64,000 nucleotides of DNA from NCBI GenBank assembly GCA_041740355.1, contig JBGSMD010000048.1, positions 23,912 through 87,911 on the forward strand. Direction: 5' to 3'. Within the stretch, counting starts at the first letter, position 1; each line of letters opens with the position of its first letter. Positions 15,001-19,771 of the stretch are shown here, piece by piece. Origin of the DNA: Bdellovibrionota bacterium (GTDB taxonomy: Bacteria; Bdellovibrionota_C; UBA2361; CALJRW01). The notes below the pieces were generated by a model, which saw nothing but the letters and a program-made list of their open reading frames with translations, was not told where the DNA came from and did no database searches. Position numbers and translations under genes: made by a program.

Positions 15001-15134
15001 CTAAGCTGGAATACATTGATTATTGCAAACCTGTTCACGATCCTAATGACACTCGGAAGAGATCGGAAGATTACTTGGATGATTTAAATGCGGCAATTAA
15101 AGCATTGCCAAAAAGTCATTTGGTTTGTGATTAA
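3..15134 (+). CDS. Giant surface adhesin, 5' end outside the window (>5000 aa): about 30+ Calx-beta-like repeats, 12 Myxococcus-type Cys-rich repeats, 2 more Calx-beta-like units, Asp-rich TSP3-like repeats, basic helical C-terminal domain
   Basis: Frame is open from position 3 (INDGDTANLVLSVTTQGNEAGPVSIVYT...), upstream of the tracked ATG at 432. Units of ~118 aa carry GTA..G.DY, DD.LFE..ET and A.I.DND motifs. CGNG..E.CDDGN..GDGCS..C..E repeats and DxDxDGxPxYLD repeats follow. Stop TAA at 15132-15134. Confidence 0.93.
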   Translation: MNDGDTANLVLSVTTQGNEAGPVSIVYTATLSSINSKSVPITVQINPDGGTATASSDYSNFSGRIITILPGSNSGTVNVSVADDNFFESTETVTGTLSAVSDPGVTITGPSATANITDNDNTAASVNSLLTLSGLGSEAGATTMTLTVSLSKKNFTGSPIVFDLSQTAGTATDGADYTDLTGATISVANGSDIGTFSFSVVDDALFENDETFTISLSNPSNPAINLFSPNASGVIVDNDNVTATTNAVLSVNNGTEGGSDLIFNVTLSQTNNTGVPITFEIYRNGGSATVTTDYSDYAGLISVPNGSNVGTLNVTIVDDAFFENSETVAAGIYNPSDPAIQITVPKVTGNIIDNDNVTIGADLTAEVNGNEAGRVSIVYRVTLTNANNTGSDIFFDIDPIGGTATPGIDYVDFTGRTIRVGSGSSIGEISVEVTDDSLIENDQTAEAVITNSSDPAVTIGTANATASIIDNDNSIGSITADLVRLVDGHESGLINIIYQVELSEVNYTDSAITFNIDPIGGTGTAGVDYVDFTGAQIVVPSGSRFGQFTVAVLNDPDLTSDTVVAQISSPSDTSINLGTDTATATINDDDAPTGTYNASIRDAVIQGNETGVVNVSFVVELSEPNTTGSAITFDINPLVGGTATLTSDYTNFTGQTVSIPNGASQATFNVTVVNDTLYESTESLFAEISNPSSGAVTIIDSDAVGYIYDNDQIHSAVITGTVNGAEAGLVAMEYTITIPVINNTQNPIQFNIASAGGRASSGVDYDSLVSSTISIPVGANSVSFTVDVLDDLLFENTENAIISMLNPSDPGIYLNFGNTRGSASIIDNDNIGVNAVLDVLQDGSEAGPTSMIYRVTLSEPNNTGGTIFFDIDPIGGSALPGDAVENNDYIDFTGSRIGVPSGSSTGTFSVSISNDTRFENIETIETEISNPSDPAAVSIITAVATGNINDNDNAPADVTASISTFGIGNEDGPTSVTFLVTLSNINFTDQDVTFDINPTGGTATVGSDYVDFSAIQVAIPYGQDRALYTITVLDDALFENTETIEATLSNPSDPAIDITTATATGLLLDNDNVTNTINANLSVTTQGEENLTNIVYTVTLDEVNDTPFPIDFTLYVDGGTAVAGTDYTNFNGVTISVPVGSNQGTYTVNVTNDLLFENLETAIAELANPSDAAIVIGTAIATANITDDDVTVANIAVTTNGDEDGPVDLVYTISISNTNGTGSDIEIDVDPDGGTATIGSDYTTFAGSTVIIPDGSSSVTLTVPVLDDSLFENTETVGAEISNLSHPSLSLATATATGDILDDENGVGAVNAVLSTITNGTESGTQIRYRVTLATINNTGSPITFDIDPTAGTAIANTDYTTFAGATITVANGASTGDLLVTVTDDTLFENTETATATITNASDPAINISTGSATANIIDNDNTASSISAVLTTTQNGNETGPVDISLLLTIGKINNTGAPIVFTITPSGEAVSGSDYTGLTTISIPDGSDTGTLILTVVDDLLFENEEDATFTVTAATDPAITTGSNTTPTITDNDNTATSITANLSKTTDGLEGTTNIVFTVTLDKVNNTHAPILIDIDPTGGTAIAGTDYTNFAGAQISIPDGSSSGTYTVIVTNDALFENTETVQATITNPYDPAVTLGTTLATADIVDSSPQATITATTSGNETGPVSIVYSVNLGKTNDTGATITFDVDRNTTEDGSADVGTDYTNFDGTTVDIINGASSATVTVPVDDDALFENNETVIATLSNVTDPRVTIATANATGTIIDNDNPTNGIPINLSVTQDGNETGPVSIIYTVTLGTVNNTHAALVYNLRSTGGNASVGTDYTALNTTTSTITIPDGSNVGTLTVPVTNDALFENNETVQATLTRQAVFDPAVAIGTGVATANIVDNDNGATTVNASLSTVTNGTEAGTAIRYRVTLAVANNTHAPITFAINPTSGTATAVSDYTFGTTTITVADGASTGDKTVATVNDILFENTETVVSTISTPSDPAINIVTASSSANITDNDSPSASIATTTQGNETGPVSIVYTVSISRQNATGVPITFNVNPTGGNADATDDYTNFAATVASIADGASSTTVTVPVVDDSLFENTETVQATISSPSNGSVTIGTAAATANITDNDNPVNGINIDLAVTQDGNETGPVNIIYTATLATVNNTHQPLIYNLFRSGGNASMGTDYTNLDATTTTISIPHGSNTGTRIITVVNDSLFENDETVTATMSRQGTFDPAVRINTASDTADIIDNDNGAGTVDAVLDVQTQGIEGSVNVVFRVTLENTNNTHLPINFNIDPNGGTAITGTDYTTFAGGTITVADGSNTGTLTVTLTNDALFENLETIIALITSSIGIDPAINILTSGATANITDNDTTTANIAVTTDGDETGPVSAVYTISLTNVNGTGVPITIDVNPNGGTATVAGLDYTDFTGSTVSIADGASSTTLTVPVADDLLLENDETIIARITNPSNGALTIGTANATADLIDNDNTPGSVNADLSVTTNGVEGGANIVYRVDIGATNNTHAPISFTINPTGGDATAGSDYTTFASGTISVPDGANFGTLTVNVTDDALFENLEEVEATITSPSDPVIDINTASATASITDNDNGITAVDADLSVTTQGVEGSINIVYTVTLANANNTGVPITFAFNPTGGTAITGTDYTDFTGGVISIPNGSATGTFTVVITNDNLFENLETVIGTISAASDPAINIVTATATADITNDDTTTASIVATTDGDEDGPISIVYTVSISNTNGTGQPITIDVDPNGGNATVTSDFADFAGTTVTIPDGSSSDTVTVVVVDDAILEHLETVEATISNLSDGDLSIATASATADIVDNDDAVGAVNADLTVTTQGVEGGTNIVYTVTLANVNGTHSPITFDINPSGGTAIDGTDYTTFINGLVSIADGASTGTYTVFVTNDTLFENLETLESTISNVSDTSVNINTASATANITDNDNAVGSIDADLSVTTQGVEGSINVVYTVTLGTVNNTGGPITFAFNPSGGTAIAGTDYTDFTGGVITILDGESTGTYTVVITDDSLFEDLETIIGTISAASDPAINIATASATADISNDDTTTASISATINGNETGPISIVYTVTLTNENGTGTAITFEVNPNGGTAIAGIDYTDFTAGSVSIADGDTTGTLTVPVVDDNILENLETAIAEISNPSNGAITIATASDTADILDNDNVAGTVDADLSVTTQGVEGGFNIVYTITLANPNGTGAPLTFSINPTGGTATITDDFTDFTGGTISVADGASTGTFTVFVANDTLFENLETVEATVSSPSDPAINLNTPTATANITDNDNVVGSIDADLSVTTQGVEGSVNVVYTVTLGTVNNTGGPITFAFNPTGGTAITGTDYTDFTNGVITILDGESTGTYTVVITDDSLFENLETIIGTITAASDAAINIVTASATADITNDDTTTASIVATTNGDEDGPVSIVYTVSISNPNGTGQPITIDVDPSGGNATAGTDYTDFAGASVSIADGESSDTITLVVDDDAILEHLETVEATISNLSDGDLSIATASATADILDNDDAAGSVDADLSVTTQGVEGGTNILYTVTLANVNGTHTPITFDINPTGGTATDGSDYTTFSNGLITIADGASTGTYTVFVTDDSLFENLETLESTISNASDASININTASATADITDNDNGAGTINASLAITTNGSENNLGSVTDIVVTLTLATINNTGADITFDLDLNNGTATAWQDFNVSGAGFATVVVPNGSNTATIIIPVIEDSNNEGTEDLDVVIFNPSDTAINIVTGTVTPFIVDDEANNCGSGTLDLFEQCDDSNTDNADGCDSFCQIETGYTCEGEPSVCHETCGNGVITGRETCDDGNEVDGDGCSDICRIETGFSCFGDTSLCASGCGNGTVAGLEECDDADNVDGDGCSATCTLEPVWSCSGAAPSICTNTCGDSTLDAGEACDDGNVTEGDGCTASCVIETAYSCTGTPSTCSSTCGDAEIASDEQCDDGNTTTGDGCDASCSIESTFTCVGVPSICLATCGNNIITDGEVCDDGNLVNGDGCSNTCEIEIGSSCVGEPSACTATCGDNTVDVGEACDDGDNTNFDGCSEVCQIEIGYECNGNPSGCLATCGNGTMEGGESCDDKNFVNGDGCSAACRVEVGFSCLGEPSTCDTSCGDGIITGTETCDDSNGIGGDGCSATCQIEDTFACTGEPSSCLATCSNGTIDAGEACDDGNATNGDGCSAICEVETGESCLNTSGEPSLCYTACGNGTIDAFEQCDDSNNTSDDGCSASCLIEIGYVCTGTPSACVATCGNGHIASQEACDDANQVSGDGCSNVCLNEVNATLSFDQNGTEAGPDAVEFLVTLDTANATGANLNFLIKENGGVASTGVDYTGFNNQIVTVASGATTGTLSVPVIDDLLFENSESVDVLLKDTSHPAVLIGTDTATGDIIDNDNVITATLAGITNGNETGPVNAVFQVTLSAINNTGSPITFVLNPNGGTATLGDDYADFTGTIVTIPIGSDTATFTVIINNDAFLEATTETLIAALSTSSDSSVTIGTSTASITISDDEALLDDDFDTIPNYVECPTGIPCVNTDGDPNPNYLDTDSDNDGILDDHETVTDTDGDNIPNYIDEDSDNDGIKDENEKETDFDGDLIPNYLDLDSDGDSIPDAEEGDSDQDGDGQPNYLDLDSDNDGVTDTLEKGNTNDGDGIPDYLDIDADNDGITDIIEAGGVDTDQDGTVDGFVDADQDGLSDNIAITSLAIPDTDGDGLPDMLDIDADGDGINDNIEGQVSIGYIDPSGLDANSNGLDDAYDALVGGFYIIPVDTDSDGDPDYQDLDSDGDGLSDYIEAYDSDYDFIADVLPLGVDSDNDGLDDGFDTFDRSLSTNWVANLRGSNIILNDLNFDGTPDFREFCSGSDCGGCEEISPTKKVKKKAKNANNAASILHNRTISFSQRAEACGSPDLSKSRVKSKELLAQFRDLVNASFKDTKLDCAQNDCLNQSSKSVTNKLNRIATRLFKIAKKSKLEYIDYCKPVHDPNDTRKRSEDYLDDLNAAIKALPKSHLVCD
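11352..12935 (+). repeat. 12 tandem Myxococcus cysteine-rich (DUF4215-like) coding repeats of about 45 aa
   Basis: Twelve E.CDD.N....DGC motifs counted in the translation. Confidence 0.9.
13640..14660 (+). repeat. Asp-rich thrombospondin type 3-like Ca-binding coding repeats
   Basis: Repeated DTDGDxxPNYLDxDSDNDG motifs. Confidence 0.85.
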
Positions 15135-15143
15135 GATCTGAAA

Positions 15144-15168
15144 GTTGCTAACATAAAATGTTAGCAAC
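15144..15168. terminator. Probable bidirectional intrinsic terminator
   Basis: Perfect 11-bp stem GTTGCTAACAT-AAA-ATGTTAGCAAC between convergent genes, with A/T flanks. Confidence 0.75.
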
Positions 15169-15203
15169 AATTTATTTGAATTACTGATTCAAAAGCAAAG
15201 TCT

Positions 15204-16097
15204 TTATTTTGCAAGCTGAGGCATTTTCCAATTAATATTTTCTTCGCTTGCCGCAGAAGCAAACAAAGGAAGTGCAGTGCTTGGATAATCAAATGAAAGT
15301 CGAAAAGTTCCAAAGTGAGAAGGTATTACCGTATCAACTTTTAAATCGATTGCAGCTTGTACAGCCTCCTTAGGACTAAGGTGATAATCTTTTAAAATAA
15401 ATTCCGGACGAAAAGCACCAATTGGAAGAATCGCAATGTCTGGTTGATAGAGTTCGGCAATTTCATGGAATTGATTAGAATATCCCGTGTCACCCGAATA
15501 GTACAGCGTACTCTTACCATTAGTGATGATGTACCCTAAGGCCTGATACTTAGATTTAAAAGGATGATAACGTGAACCATTATGCATCGCTGATACTGCT
15601 GTAATTTTTAAGTTTCCAATTTGAATCTGTTCTTGAGGGTTTAAATCCGTAATTTGAGTTTTACTTGTTAAAGTTAGTGGTAAAAAATTTTGGCTGAGTT
15701 TTGGTAGAACGATTCTAGTAATCCTAGGAATTTCTTCCAGTGTCGGTATGTCTAAATGATCATAGTGCGCATGGGAAATAATAACTGCATCAAGCTCACC
15801 GAGTGCTTCAGATTTGATTGGTGCTGAAAAAGTACGACGACTAACTTTACAAAACTCAGAAAGATTAGGATCAAACGCTAAACGTTCATTTTCCCATTCA
15901 ATTAGAAATCCGGCATGACCAAGCCAAGATATTTTTGGTTGGGTATTGTCGGGCTGATAAAAGTTAACCTGCAACTCCTTAGGAATTTTGTTCCAGCCAG
16001 TTGAAATCTGCCAAGATTTATTTGAATCAAACCAGTTTAATTGCCATAAACTTATTAGGATTACGAATAGTAAAAGTATTAAAATTTTTCTAATCAT
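15204..16097 (-). CDS. MBL-fold metallo-hydrolase (NAPE-PLD/RomA-like) with N-terminal membrane anchor
   Basis: Motifs WLGHA, ISHAHYDHLD, YYSGDTGY, LPIGAF, PSHFGTF. Confidence 0.88.
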   Translation of the reverse strand: MIRKILILLLFVILISLWQLNWFDSNKSWQISTGWNKIPKELQVNFYQPDNTQPKISWLGHAGFLIEWENERLAFDPNLSEFCKVSRRTFSAPIKSEALGELDAVIISHAHYDHLDIPTLEEIPRITRIVLPKLSQNFLPLTLTSKTQITDLNPQEQIQIGNLKITAVSAMHNGSRYHPFKSKYQALGYIITNGKSTLYYSGDTGYSNQFHEIAELYQPDIAILPIGAFRPEFILKDYHLSPKEAVQAAIDLKVDTVIPSHFGTFRLSFDYPSTALPLFASAASEENINWKMPQLAK

Positions 16098-17982
16098 TTA
16101 AAGATTTTGTTCCAGAAATTTTTGATCTAACTTCAACAAGATAATTGGTGAGGCCAATTATTTCCGCATCACTAAAGTATTCATGTCCGGGCATTGTAGA
16201 ACCTGGAATACCAAATTTTATAACTCTCATAATGTTTAAAGAATCGGTGTTTGTCTCATTATAAAATCTAAGCGGATCCTTAAACAAATTGGGAGCTTTT
16301 ATAGTTAACTTATTTTTTAGGAGTGGCTCCTCGTTAGCTTCTGAGTAGTGACACTGGGTGCAAGATTTATCAAATAATATAGCAGCATTCTCAAAACCAA
16401 TAGGAGTGAGGTCCTTTTTAGGCTCCCACTTAAAAGCATAATCAACTCTTTTTGCAAAAGTATCTGCACCAAGAGACATCAAATATTCAATTAAATCATC
16501 GCCCGCTGTATCCTTAAAGAGATGAGCATAAGACGGCATTTTACTACCAGGGGAAATTATTTGTGGCATCATAAAATGAAGCTTTAACCACTCCCGATTT
16601 CTTCGGTTGCCAATGTTTTGTAAGTCAGGTCCCACACGACGATTGCCAATTAGAGGTGGAATTTGTTTAGTGTGTAAATCTAGGCTCTCTGCAACAGGTC
16701 CCCATAGCTCTTCGTCCTCAGTACCTGGGCGTACAAATTGAGAATGGCAATTAATACAGCCTTCTTGTAAATATATTTGACGACCACGAATCTGGGCGTC
16801 ATCAGCTACAAGATCAACGTTAGAAATAAAGAGGATACTAAATATGATTAGGTAACTAAGATTTTTTTTAAAGATTCTTACCGGAGTATAAAGAAAGAGA
16901 ATTATAGTTCCGGCAATAATCATAAAAAACGCGGGAACATAATGAAGGTCCCCTGCCATGCCAATCCCCATCGCTGAGGCTAACCAGCCAGCAAAAGCAT
17001 AAAGGCGTGCGGCTTTAATTTCGGTTGAAATTGTTGGAAGTTTTATACTTAAAAGAGGATAGGCAATTAGAGCAGTAGAGTAAATTGATACTCCCGCGCA
17101 GTAAAATACACTTGCGAATACTTCCAGTTGGAGTGATTTTTCTTGTAAGAAATAAACTGCAATTGCTAACAGTAGAAAGGCAGTGATGCCGAGCAGCTTT
17201 GCTTGTCTTAAATCAATTAGTTTTCCAGCAAGAAGAGCAAAGACTAAGTGCACCCCACCATTGGCCCAGAGTCGACCAAAAGATTGCCAAGTCAGAGATT
17301 TGTATTCAGTACTTTGTTGGATCACATAGAAGGCCGCGGAGTCTAACCAGACCAATACGGCAAAGAGCAAAATGCAACTAACTAGTCCTAGCTTGCGAAA
17401 GCTAAAATCCTGCGGAGCAAATTGATCAGAGTTCTTAACTCTTTTATGGAAGGGAGATAGCGCCAAAAAACCTAAAACAACTAAGCATAAGACTGCCGCA
17501 AAGATTGTTTGATTATATGGAGATGCTTGAAAAAGGATTGGTAAATTGCAACAGAAATAAGCTATTCCTGTGCCAAGACCAATTAATAATCCGGGAGATT
17601 TTGTATTTAGTAATGATTCTAATGATGAGATTGTACTAATCGAAACAAAAGCTATTCCGCAAGCAATTAATAAGGCGACTAGCGAAGCAAAAAACATAGA
17701 TTCGATTCCCAAGCTAAGTAAACTTGCTAAAGAGCAAAGTCCTAGTCCGATTAATAAGGCAGTTTTTAGTGTGTAACGCTTAATGAAAGTAGGTACAAAG
17801 AAAGAACAAAGAAATCCTCCCACACCCATAAATCCCATGATAATTTTTAGATTATTATCTGATTTTAACTGAGTTTCTAAATTTTCCAAAAAGGCAAATT
17901 GAGCAAAGATTAAAAAATAAATATAAAGTGTTGCTATTAGTAATACGGCAAGAAAATTTTGAGATCTGGATTTTGAATTCAT
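16090..17982 (-). CDS. Fusion of an MFS-like multi-TM domain, a cbb3 subunit II (CcoO/FixO)-like cytochrome c and a second cytochrome c
   Basis: About 390 aa of hydrophobic helices, then GRQIYLQEGCINCHSQFVRP...RRVGPDL...PGSKMPSY, then CTQCH...GIPGSTMPG. Confidence 0.85.
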   Translation of the reverse strand: MNSKSRSQNFLAVLLIATLYIYFLIFAQFAFLENLETQLKSDNNLKIIMGFMGVGGFLCSFFVPTFIKRYTLKTALLIGLGLCSLASLLSLGIESMFFASLVALLIACGIAFVSISTISSLESLLNTKSPGLLIGLGTGIAYFCCNLPILFQASPYNQTIFAAVLCLVVLGFLALSPFHKRVKNSDQFAPQDFSFRKLGLVSCILLFAVLVWLDSAAFYVIQQSTEYKSLTWQSFGRLWANGGVHLVFALLAGKLIDLRQAKLLGITAFLLLAIAVYFLQEKSLQLEVFASVFYCAGVSIYSTALIAYPLLSIKLPTISTEIKAARLYAFAGWLASAMGIGMAGDLHYVPAFFMIIAGTIILFLYTPVRIFKKNLSYLIIFSILFISNVDLVADDAQIRGRQIYLQEGCINCHSQFVRPGTEDEELWGPVAESLDLHTKQIPPLIGNRRVGPDLQNIGNRRNREWLKLHFMMPQIISPGSKMPSYAHLFKDTAGDDLIEYLMSLGADTFAKRVDYAFKWEPKKDLTPIGFENAAILFDKSCTQCHYSEANEEPLLKNKLTIKAPNLFKDPLRFYNETNTDSLNIMRVIKFGIPGSTMPGHEYFSDAEIIGLTNYLVEVRSKISGTKSLND

Positions 17983-18380
17983 AAACGATGTTTTGAAATC
18001 AAGTAGAATTGTAAGATAGCAATACTTAAATCAGCAAGAGCAACTGTTAGCCAAAGAAAATGTAGCAGTCCGAGAGAAACAGTGATTACTAAAAACGACC
18101 CAATAGTTAATCTTATCAGCCCAGTGAAGGCCCAGAGGCCTTTAACATAAATTAAATAATTTGTGTCACGAAAGTAAAGTGCCGAGATTAGATATGTACT
18201 TCCTACAGCACAGACAAATGCACCAATAAATCTTAAGTAGATTGTTTCTATTGGAATCTCTGGAATAAATAATAGCTTCAGAACAATTACCGGGCTGATC
18301 ATCAGCAAGATCCCCGTCAGGGTATCCATTAGCCCAATAACTGTATTAAGCAGTAAGATTTGTTTTGTTTTTAATCGCAT
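17979..18380 (-). CDS. Small 4-TM membrane protein
   Basis: Hydrophobic 133-aa ORF overlapping both neighbours in the operon. Confidence 0.75.
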   Translation of the reverse strand: MRLKTKQILLLNTVIGLMDTLTGILLMISPVIVLKLLFIPEIPIETIYLRFIGAFVCAVGSTYLISALYFRDTNYLIYVKGLWAFTGLIRLTIGSFLVITVSLGLLHFLWLTVALADLSIAILQFYLISKHRL

Positions 18381-19650
18381 ATTTAATAGATGAAATAAAC
18401 CAGTAGACAGAGCAGTAGGTCATTAAAAGACCAGCAATAATTCGCAACAAGTCAAAAGCTTGGCTGTTAAAGTCATTTCGAAATGAACTGGCTAACGAAG
18501 TATTTTCTATGTAACCTAATCCAATTAATGCTCCGAGGTGGATTGCGAGTGCCATATTCCAAAGATAAAAATAAAAATTTTGGATGAGATACTTGTGCTG
18601 AGTAACTTGCGAACTATTTTGATTTCCCAAGAGAAATAGTATTAGCATAGAAATGGCAGTTAGCATTCCCGCCATAGCTAGGTGACTATGGGCAACTAGT
18701 AGACTTGTAAATTTTACGTACTCCAACTTACCCGGCAAAAACATAAAAGTTGCCGAGATTGTTAGTAAACTTCCCCAGAAAGCGAAGGATATTAACCATA
18801 ATCTACTCCCAGTGGGCCAATCAAATTTGCGATAATACCAAAAGATAATTGGAATCCAAAGGAGTAAGCTGCCTAGACCCAGGTATTGTTCTTGGGATAA
18901 ATTAGTTACATGTCCATGATCCATTAGGCTAAATACTACTAAGTGAGTAATTAGTAATAAGGCAAAGACAAACATGCTCTTATGAAATTTTAAGGCTTTA
19001 GGTAAAAGGCCAGGTAAACAACCAAAAATTAAAATTAGGCCTAGAGTAGAACCGAGTAAGCTAGCTCCGGTAGGTCCTCCGCTCGTTGGATTTATTGCTG
19101 GGTAGACTTTTTGATTTAGGGCATAATGAAAAACAAATGGAAGGCTACCTAGTAAAACTAATAATGGTATTTTTAGTAAGAGTAATGACCAACTTTCCCT
19201 AGCCCGACAATTTTTAGTAAGATACGAGTAAGTCAATACTACCCAAAGACTAAAAAATGTGAATTCGAGTACGCTCGCGCTGACTCCGGTCCATTCTAAA
19301 AATATTTTTCCGCTACTATACCCGGCTAGCCAACTTGCCCCACCAATTATTAAAGAAATGGACCAGATCCACATGGCAGCTTCGGCAAGTCTCTTGGATG
19401 TATAAAACCAATGAAAGAGAAGTCCGAGGACTGGAAAGCTTAGCCAACCATAAAGATGGAAATTCAAGTGCAATGGGACTAGTCTACCGTAGGTTAAAGG
19501 AGAGAAGATTAAGCCAATTTCTGGAAAGAGCATTAAGCAACTCATTAGCAAACCAACTAAGTTAGCAAGCAATAACCAAAAGGTACTAAAGCCAATTACA
19601 GAATTTGAATTCTTCTTATTGTTATTACCTAAAGTCAATTGGTATCTCAA
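18346..19650 (-). CDS. Divergent heme-copper oxidase subunit I (CcoN)-like membrane protein
   Basis: LTYGRLVPLHLN resembles CcoN FGRLRPLHTN. LVAHSHLAMAG gives the HxH heme ligands. About 12 TM helices. No WWYGH or PHH CuB motifs. Confidence 0.8.
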   Translation of the reverse strand: MRYQLTLGNNNKKNSNSVIGFSTFWLLLANLVGLLMSCLMLFPEIGLIFSPLTYGRLVPLHLNFHLYGWLSFPVLGLLFHWFYTSKRLAEAAMWIWSISLIIGGASWLAGYSSGKIFLEWTGVSASVLEFTFFSLWVVLTYSYLTKNCRARESWSLLLLKIPLLVLLGSLPFVFHYALNQKVYPAINPTSGGPTGASLLGSTLGLILIFGCLPGLLPKALKFHKSMFVFALLLITHLVVFSLMDHGHVTNLSQEQYLGLGSLLLWIPIIFWYYRKFDWPTGSRLWLISFAFWGSLLTISATFMFLPGKLEYVKFTSLLVAHSHLAMAGMLTAISMLILFLLGNQNSSQVTQHKYLIQNFYFYLWNMALAIHLGALIGLGYIENTSLASSFRNDFNSQAFDLLRIIAGLLMTYCSVYWFISSIKYAIKNKTNLTA

Positions 19651-19771
19651 ATGTTAATTAACCATGCATAAAAGCCGATTGCTATGTAGTGCAACTGGGA
19701 GAAGGAAAATTGCATTGTTGCTAGATTACATCTAAAGTAAAAAATAACAAAATATTTTAAAAAACTATTTC

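Noticed and set aside
3-15134. Possible CRISPR array or DGR-like repeats
   Set aside because: The repeats are in-frame protein repeats diverged at synonymous sites. There is no spacer structure, cas gene or reverse transcriptase.
16090-19650. Canonical ccoNOQP cbb3 oxidase operon
   Set aside because: CuB motifs are missing, CcoO is fused to a large TM domain, and ccoQ/ccoP are absent, so gene symbols were withheld.
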